The position numbers and the translations under genes are program-made. DNA of 64,000 nucleotides from Octopus vulgaris (Eukaryota). Below, in pieces: positions 54,903 through 64,000 of the stretch (position 1 is the first letter of the stretch; each line of letters starts with the position of its first letter). The notes beneath the pieces are model-generated. The model did not search any database and was not told the origin of the DNA. It was given only the letters and a program-made list of their open reading frames with translations. The stretch lies in the NCBI GenBank assembly GCA_951406725.2, contig OX597817.1, positions 87,048,001 to 87,112,000 on the forward strand, written 5' to 3'.

Positions 54903-55124
54903 ATGAATGTATGTATGTATCTATGTATTTATGTATATATATATATGTATATGTATAATTTTAATAACAAAGTTACAACGGAAAGTTAAAGAGACACAAC
55001 CCTGTGTTTTCTTGAGTGTGATTCTATATAGCTCTTTTTATAGCGCATTCATTTGCTGTAAAGATACAGTCTGGTAATGACACTCCTGTACAAAAAGTAA
55101 TATATGTAAAACAGAGTAATAATG

Positions 55125-56425
55125 CATCGGCTGTGTGGTTAAGAAGCTTGGTATGTAACCACGGGGTTTCGGGTTCACTCCCAATGAGCAGTGCCTTGGG
55201 CAAGTACCATCTACTATAGCCCAAGGCCGACCAATAACTTGTTAGCATTAGTAGACGGAAGCTGTTTGACAGCCCGTTGTATACATGTATATGTATCTAC
55301 AGAGTGTTGGTGGGGTGGGTAAATTTGATGATATTTTATGTATCATTTTTCTTTGGAACTACTTGATGTATTGGGGAACAGTCAATGGCGTCGGAGAGCA
55401 TAAAGATTAAAGAAGTAGTTTAGAAAAAATTAGCTCACATGGAAGACGGGAACCACATGAATGCTAAAAAAGTGTTACCTGTGTTATAGTGATTCCCACC
55501 GACTATCAAAATGTCGATATCATGACTGCTGATCAATACTCTGTGAACAATGTACAGGCTGTAAGACGAGACACGAACATCCTGATACCCAAGTTTCCTC
55601 AAAGTCTAATGGTCTTTGTGTGTATCTCCAGTCAGAGTGACGTCATACCGTCCCAATTCTTTGAACAGAGCATTAGACACAATTCGGACGGCTATATGAA
55701 GCTACTGGAGATTGTGGTTAAACTCTGTTTGGAGATGGTTACTGCTTGAAGGTCATGTGTCGCAGCAGGATTTGGCTTCTTGCCATACCTCCGGAAAGAG
55801 TCAGAAGTGGTTCCCGGAGAATTTCTACTTCACCAGCTTCAATTTCTGGCTTCCTAATTCCTCCGGTTGTAATGGCATTGATTATTATGCGTGGGGCGTG
55901 GCTGAGAAAGACACCAAGAGCTCTATCTACAACATCAGGGCTGAGCTAGTCCCCACAGTGAAGAACGCACGTGCCAGGTTCCGAAGGCGCCTTGTGTACA
56001 TGATGGAAGCGAGAGCGGCTACTGTATGTAAACTGCTAACTCTCAGTCATAATGTAACTGATCAAATTCGATTTTTTAAAAACATTTTTATTTTTGGATG
56101 GGATGTTATGTTTTATTTTTCTTTCAGTCAAACTGGCAAATTTAGTATGCATGTGTGTGAGCTTACGCGCGTGCATGTATGTGTGTATGTGTGTGCGTGC
56201 GTACGTTCGTGCGTGTATATGTGTGTATGCTTGTATTTGTACATCCGTGCTGCTCAAAAAAACGCTGTTTTTTTTTGCCTACATCCCCATAAATTAGAGG
56301 TTCGGATAGAGAGTTCATTAGACTTAACAAATAAGTAGTAGGTCAATTTGTTTGACTAAAACCGTTCAAGGCAGTGCTCAAGAATGGCTAGAGTCCAATG
56401 ACTGAACCAAGTAAAAGATAAAAAG
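55125..56425 (+). mobile_element. Old SINE family A split by a DNA transposon
   Basis: 5' half at 55125-55295; 3' half (ACATCCCCATAAATTAG...ATGACTGAACCAAGTAAAAGA) at about 56150-56425. Confidence 0.75.
55298..56146 (+). mobile_element. Decayed maT (DD37D-like) Tc1/mariner-superfamily transposon
   Basis: KFPQSLMVF.C.S...D...QQDLASCHTS...WLPNSSGCNGIDYYAWG; 36 residues separate the second and third D in this copy. Confidence 0.85.
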
Positions 56426-56524
56426 AAATATTATTCAAAGCCATCCATAAATTTCAATAAGCGTGGAAATTCTACGGATATGGTTGGTTATTAATACTGA
56501 TATTTGATTGACAAATCTTTAAAC

Positions 56525-56970
56525 TGTGGGACAAAATGTTTTGCGTTTGCAATTCTAGTCGTTTACGTTCTGGGATCAAATTCTGCTGAAATTACGTTTG
56601 CCTTTCAAGATCGACAAAATAAGTAGTACCAGTCAAATACCGAGGACGCTAGTTCTAATTTACCCTCCCCTCAAATATTTCTGGCCTTGAGCCTAGATAA
56701 CAAACAATTATTATAATAATCGACTTGTCATTCCCTAAATAGTAGGAATGTCGTCGTCGTCGTCGTCTTCTTCTTCTTCTTCTTCTTCTTCTTCTTCTTC
56801 TTCTTCTTCTTCTTCTTCTTCTTCTTCTTCTTCTTCTTCTTCTTCTTCTTCTTCTTCTTCTAGGTTCGATGTTGCCGCTTCACCCTCTCAAGGTCGATGA
56901 GATAAGTACCAGCTGAGCACTGGGGTCGATGTAATCCATCCAAAATTTCAGACCTAGCGCGGAAAGGATT
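56525..56970 (+). mobile_element. Two decayed family B SINE pieces separated by (TTC)n
   Basis: ATAAGTACCAGCTGAGCACTGGGGTCGATGTAATC. Confidence 0.7.
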
Positions 56971-56998
56971 ATTATTGTTGGTGTGACTATTATTATTA

Positions 56999-57053
<55 letters not shown>

Positions 57054-57054
<1 letters not shown>

Positions 57055-57610
57055 GAGTGAGAGAGAGCAGTGCATGCCATCAAAGTGACACTGGGGTAAA
57101 ATATACAAAGCCCAGTATGCCCATCGTGACTACCCGTCTGATAAGGGTACACTAGGCACATGCATCACAACTATATGTGCGCGACATGGTGATCTCATAT
57201 CAAGATAAACAGCGCATGACCTTGCAGTTGGGGCCCAGTTAGAATTTTCTTCTGATCGAGTAACCTATCCTGCTCAAAAGGTCCCTGAATAAGGATTGTT
57301 TAAGGATGTTGAACGAAACACCCATGTTTCCAAAGGTGAATTATCCAAAACCTGCAAGAATTCCTTTCAACACATGGCTATGATGCTCCCCCACTACTTC
57401 TGATCGTTATCAGAGATGCACATATCGTCAGCCACTAAGGGACATGCTCAACTGGTTAAGAGGAAGCAACTGACAAGCAAATCTGTGGTATTGAGCAGAA
57501 TATTTGCTGTAGCCCATCTTTTATACCAAGACAAAACAATGTACATGATAACACTTCCAATCAGTCAAGATCAGAAGCCATGAGAGCCACTGTCTGGTAC
57601 TGCATCAGGG

Positions 57611-57614
<4 letters not shown>
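57054..57614. mobile_element. ~560-bp non-coding element embedded in an (ATT)n microsatellite
   Basis: Complex sequence with long same-orientation (ATT)n on both sides. Confidence 0.55.
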
Positions 57615-57676
<62 letters not shown>

Positions 57677-59159
57677 AGCAGTAGTAGTAGTAGTAGTGCA
57701 GCAGCAGCAGCAGTAGTAGTAGCTGTCATAGTAGTAATCATCATCGCGATTATCGTTTTATTATTAGTGTTGTTGTTCTGGTCGTTACTTAAGATTTGGA
57801 TATTTCTTAACTGTAAAGGAAAGATTTTCTGTAAAGTTTGGATAATATCACGAAGGAAATTGGATAATTTTACGATGGCGGGGTCTGCCAGAATTTGTAT
57901 CATATCTTAAAGTTTTGTAGGGAAGTCTTCATGACATTTAATTTTTCTTTCCTTTTGTCAATTTTGTAAACGTATGTCCTCGTAACGCAATGACCAAACA
58001 CGCCCCTAAGATGACAAATGAGCAAGATATCACGACTCACAAAACAGAAATGCAAAGAGAACCAAGTATACACAGCTTTCTTTTCAAAACAAGCAAAAGG
58101 GTAAAAATCAACCCTTTAACAAAAAGGAACAACATTTTTCAGAACATTTTGAAAGATGCAGCAAGCCATAGCAACAACAATATTTCACATTCATATCATT
58201 TGCCAATGAAAATCCTAAAAAAATAGTTTTGGCATTTCAGCAGAAACAGTATTATTGTAAACAAAACGTTTGACAAAATTAATAACATCAGTCACAAGAA
58301 AAGCCCTCAAATTTATAACAACAATATCAATAACATACGCACAAATGTGTGCACATAGTGGAACGAAGCTGTCTCTAATCCATATCTGCTTCCGTACTTG
58401 GCGAACAAGCTTCTAAACAAAAGGACTTTAACATGGAACATTTGAATATGAGAATGACTGCATGGCACCGTTATCATAAAACGTGTACTTCTCTGCTTCT
58501 CTGCTGGGAACTATCATCCAAGCACGAAAATCAATACGAGGTGATTCACCTGCTTCTTGTCAAGGGTACAAGTTTCAATATATTCCCCTAAGTGCAATTG
58601 AAGGCATCCTTCTTAGATATAGGGAGAAGGAGAAGATATGCTATAAAATGCAATGATTTCAAAAACTGAGGATGGAGAGAGAAAAGAACAAGTTCAATTG
58701 CCACATGACACACATGCTGATAAATTGATTCCACAGTATTTTGAACATTGAATATCGGAAGTCACCATAAATGACATTGGTGACGAAGCTATCTTTTGGC
58801 TATTAGTCGCATTCGTGGAGTTATATGGTCAGGCGGACAGCGCTGACGCAATTTTTTTTTCATGTGGTTAGATGAGGCCACTGTAGACATAAATATAACT
58901 TGACATTATCACAAAACAGTCCAAGAGTGGTGCAATTTAGCAAGTTCCGAAAGAAATGGTCTGAAACTAATCATTTAAGACAGAAAGACCAGTTGTTTAA
59001 CAGGGGGCAGAAAAGTAATTTAGGAGGTTTCTATCCAGGAAAAAGAAATGAAAAGAAGAAAGCAGTAACAACAGCAGGCAACAGAACGTTTCTTCACGAA
59101 TACTTTGTTCTACGTATTGGTTTGTTATAGCTATATATGTATATATATATTATTTAATA

Positions 59160-59300
59160 CATGTTATATGCTACTAATAATTTCACATGTTGAGAGATAC
59201 CTCAAACATATCCCTCAAGCACAAACTACATATCATAACAAACTGATGATTATGTTTGAGGTATTTCTCAACATATGAAACTATTAGTAGCACATGTTTT
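59160..59300. repeat. Short inverted repeat of decayed hammerhead motifs
   Basis: 59169-59210 pairs with 59251-59292; CTGATGA (59243)-tatgtttgag/ctcaacata-GAAA-CTATTAG-TA. Confidence 0.6.
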
Positions 59301-59384
59301 GTGTCTATTAAGTAATATTTATCTCTCACCAGATGGAGTACTTTTTTTTTCTGATCTTACCATTGCGGAACAATACATTATATA

Positions 59385-59665
59385 TAGGGGTTGGTCAAAA
59401 TAATGGAAACACCTAGCATCATAGCATCATAATTTTGAAATATCTATAAAACCGTCAAAAGCTTCTATATTTTTTATAGTTTTGATTTATTATTAGTGTT
59501 GCTTGATATGTTTTGCTCACATTTTTGTTTCTTTTCAGATAAAATTCATTAAAATAACAGATCTGTTGGACTTTCAAAGAGGTCAAATTGTTGGTGCTTG
59601 TATGGCAGGCGCTGGCATAACGAAAACAGCCGAAATGGTTGGTGTACCTAGAAGTACTGTCTCGG
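59385..59665 (+). mobile_element. Tc1-like transposon 5' fragment
   Basis: End GGGGTTGGTCAAAATAATGGAAACACC; DFQRGQIVGA.MAGA..TKTAEM.GV.RSTVS HTH. Confidence 0.85.
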
Positions 59666-61500
59666 ATCTTCTTTCTTAAGGGAGGAGCGGTAAAGAACTT
59701 TGTGAGGAATCTGGAAGGTTGGGAACAGGAGGTCCTGATCTGCATTGAAAGCCCGGATTGGCCTCCGTAGGTGGCTGAGGAGGTCATGCCGGAAAAGTAT
59801 TTCTACAGGGTGATGGATTTATTTACCAAGGATGAATACAATTATCTCCTATGGGACCCTGGCTTGCGACTGCAGGCGGCAAGAGACTTATTCGGGGAGT
59901 TAGAGTAAGAGGTCTTAGTGCCTCGATTCGAACTTGGTGATTTTGGTAAGAGGCTTAGCACCTCAAGTTGAATATATTTGCTGAAATATTTTTGATTAGT
60001 AAGAGGCTCAGCACCTCAATTTGTAACTGTTGTAAGAGGTTCGACACCTCATTTATGTTTTTAAAAAAAACCGAAACAGTTGTGGGGCACTGGACGGAAG
60101 GACCTGTTAAATTGCTCAGGGTCTGGTTCGGTCCGGATCTCCAAGTGGACAAGAACTCTGTCGAGGTGACAGACTGCGTGACCAGTCTCACCCAGGAACG
60201 GGCTGAGAGGAAGTTGCCTCTGAAATGTGCGGAAGTGGCGAATACGTACATCGCATCCATCATATACTACCACTTGACTGTCGTGCCATGCTCCGCTTCG
60301 GGGCTGAACGGGCTGTTGCGCTCTCTCTTCAGCTTCCTGTGGAAACGACAGGTACCGCTTGTCAGCACCCGTTGCGTAGAGGACTGGGCATACCGTGGTT
60401 GAGGATGCGAAGACATGCGGTGAGGCTGTGACATCTCTAGCGATACCTTAAAGGTGAGCAGGTGGGGGTCACCGTTTTTTTGAACATGTTTTTCCTCAGT
60501 TCGTCTTTTTGGCGGAGCTACAGTCCTAGATCAGGTGTAGACCGAGGCAAGTTGCTTGGCACCTAGAGTGTCTCCAAGTGCTCACAGCCCTTGGCGAGTC
60601 GGGCAATGCGGTCGTGGAAGTTAACTTTGGAGTTCTATAGGGGTTTAGTGGAGGGAAAGAGCGATGACATACTCGGAGAAGTCCTGGATATCGAGGGAAA
60701 TCAACTGGTCACTTCCGTGGGACTTTCGGGGCGGGAACTATGGATAACTTCCAGAAAACCCTGGCCTGGCAGTGCGACGGCGAGGGGCGCTACCAGTTTG
60801 AGAGAAGCTCTACAGGCATGGCGGTGCAGTCAGTCCGGCTTGTCCGAGATGCATGTGGAATATGAAACCGCTTTGCATGCTCTCGTACAGTGTCCGCGCA
60901 TTACTGACTTGTAGAGCTTTGTTGAACAGTTATTGTTACATGTATGACGAATCCGGATATCGTCCGAGTCCATTGTGAAGATCGCCCTGCCTCCTTCGTT
61001 TGGCTGGGAAGGGAGTGCAATTTTTCTCTGTCTGGCGGCTATGGCAAAAGAGGTTGTGTGGTGGACGCGATTGAAAGGATTGAAGACAGGTACCTTCCTT
61101 TTTGGCTAAGGCCACATTGACTTTTTCAGGTTCCACCAGGAAAGGAAATTGAGTCTGGTGAGGGAGGTACTGTCACCCAGTAAGTTCGTTGTAATGTGGG
61201 TGAATGTAACAAGAATGGCCCTCGCGAATGGGCCTACTCTAAGTGTGCACCAGTAGGCCGGATGGAAGGGAGAAGAGAGGATGCCTTCCTGAGGAGCCTT
61301 TGGTGTTAAGGAGTCCAAAGTGCGTGAGGTCTCTTTGGTCACCTTACAGTGGAACTTCCCCCTTATTGGGGAAGTATATTTTTTATTTAATCTCTTTGTT
61401 AATCGTTGTATTTGTTGACTGCACGTTTAACCTCACCGTTACTCGTTTGTGCATCGTCCTCTGTGTTTTGTGTTCTGCCCTGATGGCCAATAAAGAAAAA
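59666..61500 (+). mobile_element. Tx1/L1-like LINE, deleted and decayed, with 3' end
   Basis: WTEGPVKLL.VWFGPDLQVDKN...RKL.LK.AEVANTYIASIIYY.LTVVPC...LFSFLWK, cysteine-rich ETALHALVQCP, AATAAAGAAAAA at about 61489-61500. Confidence 0.85.
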
Positions 61501-61579
61501 ATATTATTATTATTATTGTTGTTGTTGTTGTTATTATTATCATTATTATTATTATTATTATCATCATCATTATTATTAT

Positions 61580-61700
61580 TAAGGCAATTAGCTGACAGAA
61601 TCATTAGCGCGTCGGACACAGTGCTTTAGGACATTTCCCTTGGCTTTTTAAGCCCTAAATTCAACTTTGCTTTTCATACTTTCAGGGGTAATAAAATTAA
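61580..61700 (+). mobile_element. Decayed family B SINE head
   Basis: AGCTGACAGAATCATTAGCGCGTCGG. Confidence 0.65.
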
Positions 61701-64000
61701 AGAATGAACGGCGAGGATCAATAGTTTTAAGGCGACACTGAACACTAATTTGTAGTCGGCGAAATAATTCAATTATCCGCATTACTAATACTGATCACAA
61801 GATAGAAGAACCTAGCTACAATCGGTTGAATCAATAAGAGTCACCTACAGCAAAAACTAAACGAGAAAGAGGCGACCTCTAGCAGCAGTATTATTCTATT
61901 CACTCATGAGAATTAGAACAAGAAGATCTTTTCGATTAAAAAGAAACAATCGAAAAATGGAACAACAAAGTATACTCAGAGATATAATACCCTCTCCGAC
62001 TAGGAATATTAATCCGCCACACACATAAGTATATACGTATTCAGCCTCATACACACTAACAAACATCCGCATATATCTGTACAGCCTCATGCACACCAAC
62101 AAACTGAAACTCTAGTATGTTAGTATATTTACTATATTCCATGAAATTAAGAATTAATTTCACACACGGTAAGGGAAGTTGTGGTCTTTGTTCGCAAGGT
62201 GACAACTATAGATATGTTGCACTATACAGGATTTCAACAGTGAAGCGCAGTCAAACTGGAACCTGATTTGATAAAGAGTTTTACAAACAAGAAAAACGTT
62301 AGGAAAAATTGCGACCAATATTAATATGCATGAATCCTTTTAGTCTAAAGAGTCATTGGTATAGATTTAGATAAAGTAATGCATTGAATGCCGTGTGCAA
62401 AATATTTTCAATAAAATATAATTTACCTCTTAGTAAGAGAATGAGAAAAGAAGCCTTGTGCACTTGTTTTCGATCCCTTAAGACAAGGGGAGATAATTTA
62501 AAGAATTTATGATTTGATTTCTCAAAATCAATTTACATGTTTACAGAAAAAAATCAGTTCTTTGTCAGTAGACTACAGTGAATATGCATGGCAACACCCT
62601 ATTCTCAATAAATTTGTGTTAATCTAATAAAATCGGATTCAAATACTCTAATCCTCAGAAAGTTTTATAACTCTAAATAATCCTGTATCAGACTGTAAGG
62701 TTACATCAAACTGATATATTTAATCAATTATCTTACTTTTTTGGTATCAGTTTTAAAAAGACAATTGTTCGTAACTGCCAACGTTATCTATGAAAAATGA
62801 ATTATATTAGTTATTTTATAATCAGAATCTTAAAAAAGAAAGTGACGGATTAAATCTGTCTGAATGTATAAATATTTACTGCACTCGATGCAGGAATGTA
62901 AGACAAGAGGAACGAAATTAAATACTACGAGACATTATTATATTAGTTGACATGTCAATTTTACCTACCAAAAGTAGTAGCGAAACACTCTCAAATTACT
63001 TCCTGCACTTCCTAAACATAGAAAGATACGCTGGATAATGTAAATCATGAAATACAAGGGAACAGTAGGGTCACTGAAGGAACGTATTTGATCCAAGTTC
63101 TGTTGGACCTAGATTGTCTAGGGCAACAATAGCAGCAGCAGTAACTCGAATTACCTTCATATATCATATTGAAATATTAACTTGCTTCTTTCTCACATTC
63201 GAAGTTTATTACATTAATGTTTATGTTGCAGATTTGGTGTGACACTTTGTGGATGTCTTTTAATGTCTATATCCAAAAAATATTCATTTCTTTACGCACA
63301 CACACTTTTAGCACTGTACGGTCGATATTACAAATACCAGTAATATGTAGGAATCGATTCAATCAAAAGTATCACTCTACAATAAAGCGTTGGCATGTAA
63401 CTAGTAAAAACCAAACAAATTGAATGACTATTCCGGAATATTCCAAAACTCAGTATTCACATCAGCAAACTATTGTTATTTTTCTTTTTTTTTTTTGTTT
63501 TATTTTAATCATTGCTATTTAAACAATTTAGACAAAACAGGAAATAAAAGAACTTCACAATCAGTATTTGCTACTGAAAGTTAGTGATTGAACTTATCAC
63601 ATAATTAGGGCAAATTTTTTTCTTGTTTAATAAAAATAATATAAAATGCTACAATAAGAATCAAGAAGAAAAACAATTTCCATAAAATTTTAAAATTTGG
63701 AATGTTATAAGAAAATATTATGGCGTTCGAAAAATATATAAAAAAAATTTAAATAAATATTCAAAAATTTGCATTTTATTTTTAGTTTTAGTATGTTGTT
63801 GAAGAAGACATAAAACGTAAAATATTTTAGATTTCTCCTCAGAAAGGTATGTGAACATTATTTTAAGGGAGAGAAAAAATGTGGATCGAATTTGGATTGA
63901 AAGTAAATGCGATTTTGAAATATTTGAGTGAAATATTTAAAGACATCAACTGCCGATTTTTATATTCACAAGTTTTAGATAATTATTCTGTGAAACAAAA

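Noticed and set aside
58340-58900. Possible piggyBac C-terminal remnant (VPLCAH on the minus strand)
   Set aside because: Single short motif with no supporting transposase blocks
59905-60052. Mini CRISPR array
   Set aside because: Repeats are variable, spacers are short and uneven, and the region lies inside a LINE

Overview
This is AT-rich, repeat-saturated eukaryotic intronic or intergenic DNA, most consistent with an octopus (cephalopod) genome based on its tRNA-derived SINE families and dense (TA)n/(CA)n/(CATA)n microsatellites. No host protein-coding exon can be supported, and most ORF-track entries are microsatellite artefacts. Recognisable content includes three SINE families, decayed CR1-like, RTE, Tx1-like and Penelope-like retroelements, mariner/Tc1/DD37D transposase relics, non-autonomous Helitrons and a Gypsy integrase scrap. 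The most notable signal is a set of type I hammerhead-ribozyme (HHR) motifs. One lies in each full unit of a near-identical 454-bp tandem repeat at 7270-8367, which looks like a retrozyme or circRNA precursor. Others lie in inverted-repeat Penelope-type terminal modules at 5.5-6.1 kb and 54.3-54.8 kb, whose stems are preserved despite sequence divergence, with several minimal or decayed copies elsewhere. All folds were made by eye and none has been tested for activity.
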